From: an uncultured Gemmatimonadales bacterium
GTDB taxonomy: Bacteria; Gemmatimonadota; Gemmatimonadetes; Longimicrobiales; Longimicrobiaceae
NCBI GenBank assembly: GCA_963716255.1
Contig: OY970303.1
Coordinates: 1,504,001 to 1,568,000 of the forward strand
Direction: 5' to 3'
Length of the DNA: 64,000 nt
Position numbers and translations under genes: made by a program. How positions within the stretch are numbered: position 1 is the stretch's first letter; each line of letters begins with the position of its first letter. The notes below the pieces were generated by a model. The model did no database searches. It saw nothing but the letters and a program-made list of their open reading frames with translations, and was not told the DNA's origin. Positions 41,601 to 48,877 of this stretch are shown here, piece after piece.

Positions 41601-43856
41601 CTCGGTGGGGCCGTACAGGTTCCGGACGGTCTCCACCGTGCCCAGGTCGTAGAGGGCCCGCGCCAGCGATCCGGGGAGCGCTTCCCCGGCCAGGTTGAGC
41701 GTCCGCACGCTGGCGGGGATCCCGCCCGCGCGCAGCAGCTCGGCCGCGGCGGTGGGGACCATGCCGGCGGCGGCGATCCCGGCGTCCCGCATCTCCGCGA
41801 GCGACAGCGCGTTCTCCACCAGGTGCAGCGTGCCGCCCCAGCACAGGGTGCCGAAGATCTCGGCGACGCTGACGTCGAAGCTGATGGAGGTCGCGCCCAG
41901 CGCCGACGCGCGCTCCTCGTCCGTGACCGTTTCCCGCAGCCAGCGCAGGAGCACCACCACGGACGCGTGGCGGATCATCACGCCCTTGGGGCGCCCGGTG
42001 GAGCCGGAGGTGAAGATGACGTGCGACAGGTTGTCGGGGAGCACGCCGCTCCCGGGGTCGTCCGCGGGCAATTCCCGCAGCGCGGCCGCGAGGTCGTCCA
42101 GGCGGAGGACCTCGGCCCCGTCGGGAAGGCGGCCGGCGAGGGTGCCCTCCGTGAGGACCAGGCGGGCGCCCGCGTCCTCCAGCATCCACCCCAGGCGCTC
42201 CCGGGGGTAGTCCGGGTCCAGCGGCAGGTAGGCGCCGCCGGCCTTGAGCACGGCCAGGAGCGCGGCGACCATCCCCGGGGTGCGCGGCAGGCAGATTCCC
42301 ACCCGCACCTCGGGGCCGATGCCCAGGGCGCGCAGGTGGCGGGCGAGGCGGTTGGCGCGCTCGTCCAGCTCGCGGTAGGTGAGGCCGTGCCCGTCGTGGA
42401 CCAGCGCCACGGCGTCCGGGGTCGCCGCCGCCTGCGCCGCGAAGAGCTGGTGGACGCAGCCGTCCGCCGGGTGCTCCGTATCCGCGCGGCTCCACGCCTC
42501 CAGCACCCGGCGCTCGCCCTCGCCCAGGAGGTCCAGCTCCGACAGGCGGACGTCCGGGTCGGCGGCCACCTGCTCCAGCACCCGCTGGAAGTGCGCGAGC
42601 ATCCGCTGGACGGTGCCGCGCTCGAACAGGTCCGTGCCGTACGCCAGCGAGGCGCGGAGGCCGCCCGCCCACAGGGTGAGCGACAGCGACAGGTCGAACT
42701 TGGAGGTGTGGAGCTCCGCCTCCACGCCCTCCATCCGCACTCCCGGCAGCACCTCCGGCGTGCCCTCGGTGTTCTGCAGCGAGAACATGACCTGGAAGAG
42801 CGGCGCGTGGCTCAGGCTGCGCTCCGGCTCCATCTCCGCCACCAGCCGCTCGAAGGGCACGTCCTGGTGCTCGTACGCCCCCAGCGTCACCTCGCGCACT
42901 CGGTGCAGCACCTCGCGGAACGAGGGGTCGCCGGACAGGTCCACCCGCAGCACCAGCGTGTTGACGAAGAAGCCGATCAGCCCCTCCAGCTCGCTCCGGG
43001 TGCGTCCCGCGATGGGGCTTCCCACCACCACGTCATCGCTCCCGGAGTAGCTGGCGAGAAGCACCTGGAAGGCGCCGAGGAGCGCCATGAAGAGCGTGGC
43101 CCCCTCGCGCCGCGCGAGCGCCGACAGCCGCTCCGGCAGCTCGGCCGGGAGCTCCCCCCGCTCGTGCGCGCCCCGGTACGTCTGCACCGCCGGGCGCGGA
43201 TGGTCCGTGGGCAGCTCCAGCAGCTCCGGCGCGCCGGCCAGGCGCTCCCTCCACCAGGCCAGCTCCCGCTCCAGCACCTCGCCCTGCAGCTCCTCGCGCT
43301 GCCACACGGCGAAGTCGCCGTACTGCACCTCCAGCTCGGGGAGCGGCGACTCCCGCCCGTCGCAGTACGCGTCGTACAGCACCGAAAGCTCGCGGATGAA
43401 CACGCCCGTGCTCCACCCGTCGCCCACGATGTGGTGGATGGTGAGAAGGAGCAGGTAGTCCTCCGGCTCCATCCGCAGCAGCGAGACGCGGAAGAGCGGG
43501 CCCGCGGCCAGGTCGAACGGGCCCTCCGCGTCCTCGGTGGCGCGGCGCCGCGCCGCCTCGGCGCGCGCCGCCTCGCCGAGCGCGGACAGGTCCTCCACCG
43601 GCATGGTGAAGCCGCCGGAGGGCGCGATCACCTGCACGGGCACGCCGCCGCGCTCGGCGAACGTGGTCCGCAGCGGCTCGTGCCGGCGGACGATCTCGCC
43701 CAGCGCGCGGTCCAGCGCCCGCTCGTCCACGGCACCGCGCAGCCGCAGGACCGCGGGGATGTTGTACAGGGGGGTCCCCGGCATCAGCCGGTCCAGGAAC
43801 CAGAGGCGCTCCTGCGCGAAGGAGAGCGGCAGCTCCACGGTCTGCTCCACGGACAT
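29637..43856 (-). CDS. Hybrid NRPS-PKS (~4,739 aa): C-A-T-C-A-T-KS-AT-KR(degenerate)-T-C-A-T, no thioesterase
   Basis: C motifs HHIVGDG, HHAVGDA, HHVVSDG; three A domains (TSGSTGRPKG, YGPxE); four LGGHSL carrier motifs; KS TACS/HGTGT/NVGH; AT GHSLG and HAFH; start placed at MSVEQTVELPLSFAQERLW. Confidence 0.96.
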   Translation of the reverse strand: MSVEQTVELPLSFAQERLWFLDRLMPGTPLYNIPAVLRLRGAVDERALDRALGEIVRRHEPLRTTFAERGGVPVQVIAPSGGFTMPVEDLSALGEAARAEAARRRATEDAEGPFDLAAGPLFRVSLLRMEPEDYLLLLTIHHIVGDGWSTGVFIRELSVLYDAYCDGRESPLPELEVQYGDFAVWQREELQGEVLERELAWWRERLAGAPELLELPTDHPRPAVQTYRGAHERGELPAELPERLSALARREGATLFMALLGAFQVLLASYSGSDDVVVGSPIAGRTRSELEGLIGFFVNTLVLRVDLSGDPSFREVLHRVREVTLGAYEHQDVPFERLVAEMEPERSLSHAPLFQVMFSLQNTEGTPEVLPGVRMEGVEAELHTSKFDLSLSLTLWAGGLRASLAYGTDLFERGTVQRMLAHFQRVLEQVAADPDVRLSELDLLGEGERRVLEAWSRADTEHPADGCVHQLFAAQAAATPDAVALVHDGHGLTYRELDERANRLARHLRALGIGPEVRVGICLPRTPGMVAALLAVLKAGGAYLPLDPDYPRERLGWMLEDAGARLVLTEGTLAGRLPDGAEVLRLDDLAAALRELPADDPGSGVLPDNLSHVIFTSGSTGRPKGVMIRHASVVVLLRWLRETVTDEERASALGATSISFDVSVAEIFGTLCWGGTLHLVENALSLAEMRDAGIAAAGMVPTAAAELLRAGGIPASVRTLNLAGEALPGSLARALYDLGTVETVRNLYGPTEDTTFSTCARVPRGGGRVTLGRPVANTRAHVLDARLAPVPAGVPGELYLAGDGTARGYAGRPDLTAERFLPDPFGPPGSRMYRVMDRVRWTAEGELDYLGRTDAQVKVRGFRIELGEIESALLRHPDVRTAAVVVREDAPGERRLAAYVVGEAEADGLREHLRRGLPEYMVPAAIVVLDALPLTPSGKLDRRALPAPEYAAEERYLAPRTPTEEVLAGTWAEILRLERVGVRDSFFALGGHSLLAIRVVSRVREALGVELPLRVLFEAPTVAELAARVEALRRADLPVLPPVVPVERDARSALPLSFAQERLWFLDRLEPGSAFYNIPAALRLGGALDRPAMERALGEIVRRHEVLRTVFTESQGSPVQTVAPFGGWVLPVEDISHLGEGERDVEAARRAAADAARPFDLAAGPLFRAELLRLAGDDHVLLLCMHHAVGDAWSLEVLFRELSVLYGAFREGGESPLPELPVQYADHATWQRRVLQGDGLERQLAWWRERLAGAPPLLELPADRPRPALQTYRGASERIDLPADLLERLQALGRGEGATLFMVLLGAFQVLLARYSGSEDVVVGSPIAGRTRGEVEGLIGLFLNTLVLRVDLAGEPTFREALRRVREATLGAYEHQEVPFERLVEELQPERSLSHAPLFQAMFVLQEPGGAGGGLPGLELRRVSAAGATSKFDLTLALARHPGGLAGSLEYATDLFDRDTARRMLAHFARVLEQVAADADGRISALELLDDAERHRVVEEWNRTEAGYPAGLCVHHLVEAQAERTPDAVAVVFGEATLTYRELDLRADALARRLAALGVGPDERVALSLQRGPGAMVALLAVLKSGGAYVPLDPSYPAERLAHMLEDAAARVLLTDGAAGDRLAGFRGRVVVLDGDGAAEHGAGEDAAALPHSPSPDNLAYVVFTSGSTGRPKGVAMPHRPLVNLLAWQQRGWRAPAAAATLQFAPVSFDVSFQEIFSCWAAGGRVVLIPDELRYDPAGLLATLERAGVERLFMPSVALQHLAETADARGLVPSRLREVVTSGEQLRVTEPLRRWLGAVGAPLHNQYGPSETHVATALVLEGDPGGWPLLPAIGAPIANTSCYVLDGALRPAPVGVPGELYLGGVCLARGYLGRPELTAERFLPDPFSADGGRLYRTGDRARWLPSGALEFLGRADEQVKLRGFRIEPGEVEAALEGGPGVREAVVVVREDVPGERRLVAYVVPEEGAAVDAAALRARLAERLPEYMVPSAFVVLEQLPLTPSGKVARRALPAPQRDGAKDAFVAPRLPLEEVVAGIWGELLGLDRVGVNLNFFDLGGHSLLLARVQARLREALGREVPIVDLFRFPTVASLAEHLAAGSTPAPEPRRRARRAAGGEADVPDGAVAVVGMAGRFPGAPDVATFWSNLRGGVDCITRFGERELEEAGMDPALLRDPAFVAAAGVLEGMEMFDAGFFGFNPREAEILDPQHRIFLETAWEALENAGHVPGGTEEAVGVYAGSSASDYLTRHVLTNPEVAGAVGSLQVEMGNGKDFLASRAAYKLNLRGPALSVQTACSTGLVAVHVACRALAAGECDVAVAGGVGARRRGGYMYSPGGIMSPDGYCRAFDARSAGTVTGSGIGLVVLKRLADALADGDTIHAVIRGTAINNDGSQKVGYTAPSVDGQAAVIREALDLAGVDPATVGYVEAHGTGTELGDPVEVAALTQAFGAGPRRQGCALGAVKSNVGHLDGAAGATGLIKAVLAVEHGEIPPTLHFTEPNPRIDFAASPFFVNTELHPWPANGHPRRAGVSSFGIGGTNAHVVLEQAPAPRPSEPARAWQLLTLSARTPSALEAATERLAAHLRAHPEQELADVAWTLQAGRRAFGHRRALVARDHEEAVRALETRGADRLFSAAAPETARPVVFMFPGLGSHYAGMGRGLYDAEPVFRAAVDRCAEILRPHLGLDLREVLYPGDAQEEGGIGGIDLRAMLGRAAAETQDDAQERLNRTRLAQPALFVTEYALQALWREWGVRPSAMLGHSLGEWVAATVAGVWSLEDGLMLVAERARLIESLPEGGMMGISLPEEEARPLLTGNLYVGALHGPSITVISGPGEELDALRGEVEARGLVWRRLPMRHAFHTPLMEPVAERLMALLRRVKLSAPSIPFVSNVTGTWIRASEATDPAYWARHLCEPVRFSEGVETLAQAGHRLFLENGPGLALRMLAGQLHVWGDEAPGFVASMRHAYERSPDAAHVLGAAGRLWAAGAAVDWKAMHARERLRRVPLPTYPFERSRFWLEPRAVTIGAGSPASRAGNPLERTPDPADWLYLPAWTRTALPRRIPAEPAEWLLLADAAGIGRRLAGRLERLGHTVVLAEAGDAFGRAGDGVGYTVRPGSADDLSALRDALGAEGIRPRRVVQLWGIDPESEGGADAWGRAQERGWGTVAAVAAAFARDPAEGPLRLVVVTEGVRDVFGGETVRPERATVLGACLALPQEHPHVVCRTVDVRPGAGAGEHLVDQLAAEAAADVPDEAVALRGPWRWTLGYEATRPRENRPGLREGGAYLFTGGMAGGADALAEELAGAPGARIAVVAEPGFPEPGEWDARLAAAPAGVLAPAIRALRAAGARGARTLLLRADPEDPAAMRAAVAAALDAFGELHGVVHTAALGAGAGHAPLAGSRPAAVAEALARAARGLDALDEATAGLPLDFRLLQNSIFTVFGGAGLAAPTAAFALLDAWAQRRLAGGGDLWTSVGWDRWHLDEGGDAAALAGRAILRADAAPAFAALATLAEEPRVVVSTHDLDARIERFRAPPGAPARPGGSGAPAPDLHARPALGSEFQAPSGASETLLAGIWGGLLGIREVGARDNFFDLGGHSLLGLQLLARVREAFRVELPLRAIFEAPTIAELAALVDEASREELGAAGGEAAPSNWRASTRAQPLTRRARDGDPPLSFSQERLWFVDRLQPGSTVYNLLTGMRLPGDVDEAVLERALGEIVRRHESLRTTFRETGGVPVQVIAPFNGFALAVVDLSGFAGEEEREAEVRRRAAGEAAHVFDLAAGPLFRAVLLRVGPAGSVLLLCTHHVVSDGWSYQVLVREIYALYDAFARGEPSPLPELPVQYADYAVWQREQADGVDGGQLAYWTRQLAGAPELLPLPTDRPRPPVPTLRGARVPVAVPAAVLDRLRELARAEGATLHMVVMAAFQALLARWAGTTDVSVGTPVAGRSHRELEGMIGLFVNTLVLRVDLDGDPTFRETVRRAREAALGAYQHQDVPFERIVAEVQPRRSLSHAALFQVSFQLDEAGGEAARGVAPEPETAQFDLTLALTARPGGMAGTLEYATDLFEEGTARRMADHLGRVLEQAAADADVRLSDVELLGEAERRTVVEEWNRTAAEYPADLCIHQLVRSQAERTPDAVALVAGEEEITYRELLARAGRLARRLAASGAGPDVLVGICLERSAGMVVAMLAVLEAGAAYLPLDPGYPADRLAYMLADSGARLLVTQASLGGLLPADGVPAVLVDAGGSTESTAAEPDGAPHTEVAPLNLAYVIYTSGSTGRPKGVQVTHAGVAGFFAAMDGVVGGTSPGTWLAVTRISFDIHVLELLWTLARGWRVVLHPGLEVTREDAAPARWIRRHGVTHLQCTPSLAAMMIAQSGAESLAGLERVFMGAEPMPPALAAQIDAVVPGGLVNLYGPTETTVWCTAHPVAPGEGTIPIGRPVANTRILVLDDGLRPQPVGVPGELFVAGSGVTRGYLGRPELTAATFVPDPFSAEAGARMYRSGDRARWRADGVLEYLGRLDAQVKVRGFRIEPGEVEATLAAHPAVREAVVVAREDVPGDLRLVAYVVPQPGAAADPAALKAHLRERLPDYMVPGAFVAMDKLPLTPSGKVARRALPAPEQASPEAGYVAPRTATEELLAGIYAEVLRVERVGAQQSFFELGGHSLLAVRVISRVRDALGVELTVRALFEAPGVAELAERVEALRQAEAPETPGILVLPRVVPVDRSSRRRLRERPRG

Positions 43857-44059
43857 GGTCACGGCTTCCCCCCTGGCATCATCATGGTCTGCTCCACCGG
43901 CGGCCCGGGGAGATTCGTACGCGGGCGTGGGGAGATCGCCCGCGCGCGCCCCGTCCGGTCGTGCCGGGGGGCGCGGGGAAGGGGTTTCGCCGGCGGGTCC
44001 GGCGTCGGTTCGGGGCGATCTCGCGCAAGGCCGAACGTGTCTTGAAACGTGCGGCGCAA

Positions 44060-44092
44060 AGCTACTATAAAGACAGCCCCGGGAGCGCGCAA
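44060..44092 (-). promoter_or_regulatory. Promoter of the NRPS-PKS (motif shared with the halogenase promoter)
   Basis: Minus strand TTGCGC-17 bp-TATAGT; full motif GTTGCGC-N13-TCTTTATAGTAGCT. Confidence 0.68.
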
Positions 44093-44246
44093 CCGTCCCC
44101 CGCCTTCCCGCTCCGGGAGCGGCAAGCGCTGGACCGGGCGGCGGAAAAGCACGGGTGGGAAGGCTGCGCGGCGAGGGTCGGCGAGAGGCCCGTGGGGGAC
44201 TCCTTTCGGGTCTGCCGTGAACGGACACGAGCCCCCCGCGCCACCC

Positions 44247-44276
44247 TTGACCGTCCCCGCCGGGGCGGGTTACGTT
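44247..44276 (+). promoter_or_regulatory. Possible sigma70 promoter for the carbamoyltransferase operon
   Basis: TTGACC-18 bp-TACGTT. Confidence 0.4.
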
Positions 44277-44540
44277 CTCTGCGAATATTACCTGACCGCC
44301 CTTGCAGACGGCGGACCCATTTCGCCGACGGCCAGGGGGCGCCCCTCCCCGCCCGGTGTCGATCCGACCGTCTCCATCCTGGCCGTGCCCGAGGCCGGCG
44401 GCGCCTGCGTGCCGCTGGCCTGAAGTGTCTTGGCGCCGGCTCCGGAGCACCGGCCCGGCCGGGCCGGGTCCACGATGCCCTCACCCGCGCGCGCGGCCCA
44501 CCCCGGCCTTCGCCAGCCCAGAATACCCGGACAACTGCAC

Positions 44541-45557
44541 ATGAGCCGACACGCCGAAGCCGCCGCCGACCTCCTCCCCCTCCCCGAGGTCGCCACCCAC
44601 GCCCCCGCGGGGGGACGGCGGCGCCACGTGCTGTCCATCCTGGACCTGCAGCCCGAGGAGGTCCTGTACCTCTGCCGGCGCGCCGTCCGCCTCAAGAGCG
44701 CCCCCTCGGACCCGCCCACGCTGCGCGGCCGCACCGTGGGCGTGTACTTCCGCAAGACCTCCACCCGCACGCGCGCCGGCTTCATGGTGGGCGCCGGCCG
44801 CCTGGGCGCCACCACGGTCTACTTCGGTCCGGGCGACCTGCAGACCAACACCGGCGAAACGCTGGAGGACACCGCCCGCACCCTGGCCGGCTACCTGGAC
44901 GTGCTGGTGATGCGCACCAACGAGAGCGTGGAGGAGATGCGGACCTTCGCCGCGCACCCGGGCATGTCGGTGGTCAACGCGCTCAGCTCCGACGAGCACC
45001 CCACGCAGGCGCTCACCGACCTGGCCTCCATCCTGGAGCACTTCGGGCGGCTGGAGGGTATCTCGGTGCTGTACTGCGGCGAGGGGAACAAGAGCGCGGC
45101 CGCGCTCGCGCTGGCGATGAGCCGCGTCCCCGGGATGCGGCTCATCCTGGCCACTCCAGCGGGCTACGGCCTGGACCCCGAGAAGCTGGCCGCCGCCCGC
45201 ATGCTGGCGGCGGAGCACGGCGCGAGCGTCGAGGAGACCCACGACATCGACTCGGTGGAGGCCGGCGTGGACGTGGTCTACACCAGCCGCTGGCAGGAGA
45301 TGGGGGTGAGCAAGGCCGACCCGGAGTGGAAGACCCGCTTCGCCCCGTTCCGCGTCACGCAGGCGCTCATGGACCGCGTCTCGGGACCGGGAACGGTGTT
45401 CATGCACGACCTTCCCGCCGTGCGGGGCGAGGACGTGGACGACGAGGTGCTGGACGGGCCGCGCAGCCTGGCCTGGGTGCAGGCCCAGCACAAGATGTTC
45501 AGCGCCATGGCGGTGATGGAGTGGTGCGCGGTGGGCGTCGTCGAGGACGACCGCTGA
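44541..45557 (+). CDS. Ornithine carbamoyltransferase-family enzyme, probably a biosynthetic N-carbamoyltransferase
   Basis: STRT and HPTQ carbamoyl-phosphate motifs; HDLP instead of HCLP and TSRWQEMG instead of DxWxSMG. Confidence 0.85.
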   Translation: MSRHAEAAADLLPLPEVATHAPAGGRRRHVLSILDLQPEEVLYLCRRAVRLKSAPSDPPTLRGRTVGVYFRKTSTRTRAGFMVGAGRLGATTVYFGPGDLQTNTGETLEDTARTLAGYLDVLVMRTNESVEEMRTFAAHPGMSVVNALSSDEHPTQALTDLASILEHFGRLEGISVLYCGEGNKSAAALALAMSRVPGMRLILATPAGYGLDPEKLAAARMLAAEHGASVEETHDIDSVEAGVDVVYTSRWQEMGVSKADPEWKTRFAPFRVTQALMDRVSGPGTVFMHDLPAVRGEDVDDEVLDGPRSLAWVQAQHKMFSAMAVMEWCAVGVVEDDR

Positions 45558-45570
45558 GGCGGGGCGGGCC

Positions 45571-46581
45571 ATGGTGAAGCCAGCCGCCCGGCATCTCGAC
45601 ATCCACATGGACCCCACCGGGCCCTCCCGCGCGGCCGTGCCCCCGGCGGTCGTCCAGGACCCCGCCCCGGCGGGGCGCCCCGGAGTGGGCGAGACCCACG
45701 CGCACCACGGCGAGATCGTCCAGGGCGTCTTCTACTCCAGCGACGGGAAGCTGGAGCACGGCCTGGTCACGCTGCCGTGCAGCCTGTTCGGCACGCGGGT
45801 CCGCTTCCGCCCGGTGCGCTCGGGGCCGCTCACGGTGGAGCCCGGCGACCGCTCGCGGGCGCGGACCGCGGCGCGCATGACGCTGGACTCCCTGGGGCGG
45901 ACGGGGTGGGGAGGCTCCATCCGCATCGAGAGCAACGTCCCGCTCCGCTGGGGGTGCGGCTCCTCCACCACCGACGTGCTCGCCACCATCCGGGCCGTCG
46001 CCGACGCCTTCGGCGCCGTCCTGGACCCCGAGTGGATCGCCCGCATCTCCGTGGTGGCGGAGACCGCGTCCGACTCGCTGATGTACGGCCCCGGGCGCGC
46101 CGTGCTCTTCGCGCAGCGCCGCGGCTGCGTGCTGCTGGACCTGGGCGGGCCGCTCCCCCGGGTGCAGGTGCTCGGCTTCAACACCGAGGAGACGCACGGG
46201 GTGGAGACGCTTTCGCTCCCGCCCTGTCAGTACTCCGCGTGGGAAGCCGAGGCCTTCCAGCCCGTCCTGGGGCTGCTGCGCCGCGCGGTGGCCCAGCAGG
46301 ACCCCGACCTGCTGGGCCGGGTGGCGACCGCCAGCACCACGATCATGCAGCGCCACCGCCCCAAGCGCTTCATGCCGGAGCTGCTGCGGCTGGCCAGGGA
46401 AACGGGCGCGCTGGGGGTGCAGGTGGCGCACAGCGGGACGGTGGCCGGCTTCCTGTTCGAGCCCGGGAGCGGGGCGGCCGACCGCATCGAGCACGCGCGG
46501 GAGGGGCTGCGCCACATCGGCGTGCGCGCCGCCTGGGAGTTCTGCAACGACCTGTCCCCACAGCCGGAGTCCGTCTCGTGA
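45571..46581 (+). CDS. GHMP kinase, PduX-like (L-Thr/L-Ser O-kinase)
   Basis: HHGEIVQG, LVTLP, PLRWGCGSST GHMP loop, VAHSGT. Confidence 0.82.
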   Translation: MVKPAARHLDIHMDPTGPSRAAVPPAVVQDPAPAGRPGVGETHAHHGEIVQGVFYSSDGKLEHGLVTLPCSLFGTRVRFRPVRSGPLTVEPGDRSRARTAARMTLDSLGRTGWGGSIRIESNVPLRWGCGSSTTDVLATIRAVADAFGAVLDPEWIARISVVAETASDSLMYGPGRAVLFAQRRGCVLLDLGGPLPRVQVLGFNTEETHGVETLSLPPCQYSAWEAEAFQPVLGLLRRAVAQQDPDLLGRVATASTTIMQRHRPKRFMPELLRLARETGALGVQVAHSGTVAGFLFEPGSGAADRIEHAREGLRHIGVRAAWEFCNDLSPQPESVS

Positions 46582-47642
46582 GCGGTGCCGTGATCAACGC
46601 CAACTTCGTGGACGCCATAGCGCTCCCGCGCATCGTCTGGCTGCGCCCCAACCTGATCGGGCTGGCGTTCCCGCTCATGAAGCTGCTCCCGGCGCGGCTG
46701 ATCGTCCGCAAGGCGATCGAGGAAGGCGAGCTGCAGCCGGGCGGGCTGATCGCCGAGACCACCTCGGGGACCTTCGGGCTGGCGCTGGCGATGGTCGCGC
46801 GCCTGGCGGGGCACCCGCTCACCCTGGTGAGCGACCCGGCCATCGACGCGCCGCTGCGCCGGCGGCTGGAGGACCTGGGGGCCACCGTGCACATCGTGGA
46901 GAAGCCGGGGCCCACCGGCGGCTTCCAGCAGGCGCGTCTGGAGGTCCTGGAGCGGGTGCTGGCGGAAAACCCGGGCAGCTTCTGCCCCCGGCAGTACTCC
47001 AACCCGCACAACCCGGGGAGCTACGCCCCCTGCGCCGAGCAGCTGGTGCACGCCGCCGGGGCCGTGGACTGCCTGGTGGGAACGGTGGGGTCCGGGGGCT
47101 CGGTGTGCGGGATCTCTTCATACCTGCGGCTGCTCTTCCCCGAGCTCACCGTGGTGGGCGTGGACACGCACCGCAGCGTCATCTTCGGCCAGTCCGACGC
47201 CGGGGGCGGGCGCAAGCTTCGCGGGCTGGGGAACAGCCTCATGCCCGCGAACGTGGACCACACCGCCTTCGACCTGGTGCACTGGGTGGGCGCCGCCGAG
47301 GCCTTCCGCGCCACCCGGCAGCTCCACCGCGACCACGCGATCTTCGCCGGCCCCACCAGCGGCGCCGCGTACCTGGTGGCCGACTGGTGGGCCCGCGAGA
47401 ACCCCGACTCGCTCACCGCCGTGGTGTTTCCCGACGAGGGGTACCGCTACCAGGACACCGTCTACGACGACGCCTGGCTGGAGCAGGAGGGGACGCTCTT
47501 GGACGTGCTCCCGCGCGAGCCGGTGGAGTGGGACCACCCCCACGACGGCGACGATCCCTGGTCGTTCTTCCGCTGGGGCCGGCGCGAGCTTGCCGAGGTG
47601 ATGCGCCCGCACGCCCCGGGGGTGGAGCTGACGCTTTCATGA
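46578..47642 (+). CDS. PLP-dependent cysteine-synthase-family beta-replacement enzyme (DabA/SbnA-like)
   Basis: LMKLLPA (PLP Lys), ETTSGTFG, QYSNPHN, GTVGSGGS, GPTSGA; GTGA overlap. Confidence 0.87.
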   Translation: MSGAVINANFVDAIALPRIVWLRPNLIGLAFPLMKLLPARLIVRKAIEEGELQPGGLIAETTSGTFGLALAMVARLAGHPLTLVSDPAIDAPLRRRLEDLGATVHIVEKPGPTGGFQQARLEVLERVLAENPGSFCPRQYSNPHNPGSYAPCAEQLVHAAGAVDCLVGTVGSGGSVCGISSYLRLLFPELTVVGVDTHRSVIFGQSDAGGGRKLRGLGNSLMPANVDHTAFDLVHWVGAAEAFRATRQLHRDHAIFAGPTSGAAYLVADWWARENPDSLTAVVFPDEGYRYQDTVYDDAWLEQEGTLLDVLPREPVEWDHPHDGDDPWSFFRWGRRELAEVMRPHAPGVELTLS

Positions 47643-48877
47643 GCGGCGCGCAGAGCCGCGGGGTGGTGCTCTTCGTGGAAAGCAACACCAGCGGGACGGG
47701 GCGCATCTTCGTGCAGACCGCCCGCGCCATGGGGTACCGCCCGGTCCTGGTCACGGCGAAGCCGGAGAAGTACGCGTACCTGTCGCAGGAGGGGGCGCCC
47801 GAGGTGATCGCCGTCCCCCGGGTGGACGAGGACGAGCTGTACGCCCTGGTCCGCGAGCGCTTCGCGGGCGGCGCGGAGGTCGCCGGGATCACCTCCAGCT
47901 CCGAGTACTTCATCGCGACCGCGGCGGCGCTCGCGGCGCGCTTCGGCCTGGCGGGCCCGGAGGCGGCGAGCGTGCGCGCCGCGCGCGACAAGTCGCGCCA
48001 GCGCGAGGTGCTGGCCGCGGGCGGCGTGCCCACCCCCGCCTTCCGCGTGGCCACGTCCGCGGCGGACGCCGCGCAGGCCGCGGAAGAGATCGGGGTGCCC
48101 GTGGTGGTCAAGCCGGTGGGCGGGAGCGGGAGCGTGGGGGTGCGCGCGTGTGCCACCGCGGCGGAGGCCGCCGCGCACGCGGACGCCCTGCTGGCGCAGG
48201 CGGCCTCGCCCGCGGAGCGGCGGGTGCTGGTGGAGGCCATGGTCGAGGGCCCCGAGTTCTCGGTGGAGGTCTTTTCCGGGCGGGTGGTGGGGATCACCCG
48301 CAAGCACCTGGGCGCGCCGCCCTTCTTCGTGGAATCCGGGCACGACTACCCCGCCCCGGTCTCCGGCGACCTGGCCGCCACCCTCGCGGACACCGTGCGC
48401 CGCGCCACCGCGCTGCTGGGGCTGGGCTGGGGGCCGCTGCACTGGGAGCTCCGCGTGCAGGACGGCCGGGCGTTTCCCATCGAGGTGAACCCGCGCCTGG
48501 CGGGGGGCTTCATCCCCGAGCTGGTGCGCCACGCGCAGGGGATCGACCTGATCCGCGAGACGCTGCGCCTGGTGGTGGGCGAGACGCCGGAGCCGGAGGC
48601 CACCCGGCACCGGCACGCCTCCATCCGCTTCCTGTTCGCGCCCCGCCCGGGACGGCTGGACGCGGTGGAGGGAATGGAGGCCGCCCGCGCCGTGGAGGAC
48701 GTGGTGGACGTGGCGCTGTACCGCCGCCTCGGCGAGGAATTGACGGTGGAGGGCGACTTCCGGGACCGCATCGGCCACGTGGTCGCGTGCGCCGACGACT
48801 CCGGGGCGGCGTGCGCGGCGGCGGAGCGCGGCCAGGGCGCGGTGCGGTTCCGCGTCGCCGCGGGGGAAGCGGCCTGA
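47639..48877 (+). CDS. ATP-grasp protein (DabC-like)
   Basis: VESNTSGTG, RDK, VVKPVGGSGSVGV, GPEFSVE, IEVNPRLAGG; ATGA overlap. Confidence 0.88.
   Translation: MSGAQSRGVVLFVESNTSGTGRIFVQTARAMGYRPVLVTAKPEKYAYLSQEGAPEVIAVPRVDEDELYALVRERFAGGAEVAGITSSSEYFIATAAALAARFGLAGPEAASVRAARDKSRQREVLAAGGVPTPAFRVATSAADAAQAAEEIGVPVVVKPVGGSGSVGVRACATAAEAAAHADALLAQAASPAERRVLVEAMVEGPEFSVEVFSGRVVGITRKHLGAPPFFVESGHDYPAPVSGDLAATLADTVRRATALLGLGWGPLHWELRVQDGRAFPIEVNPRLAGGFIPELVRHAQGIDLIRETLRLVVGETPEPEATRHRHASIRFLFAPRPGRLDAVEGMEAARAVEDVVDVALYRRLGEELTVEGDFRDRIGHVVACADDSGAACAAAERGQGAVRFRVAAGEAA

Noticed and set aside
29862..44045. 4,727-aa ORF on the plus strand
   Set aside because: Antisense shadow of the NRPS-PKS caused by high GC3; it has no domain motifs, while the opposite strand has all the NRPS/PKS signatures.
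43857..44450. Extra ~198 N-terminal residues of the NRPS ORF
   Set aside because: Low-complexity sequence spanning the predicted promoter; the C domain begins right after the Met at 43856.
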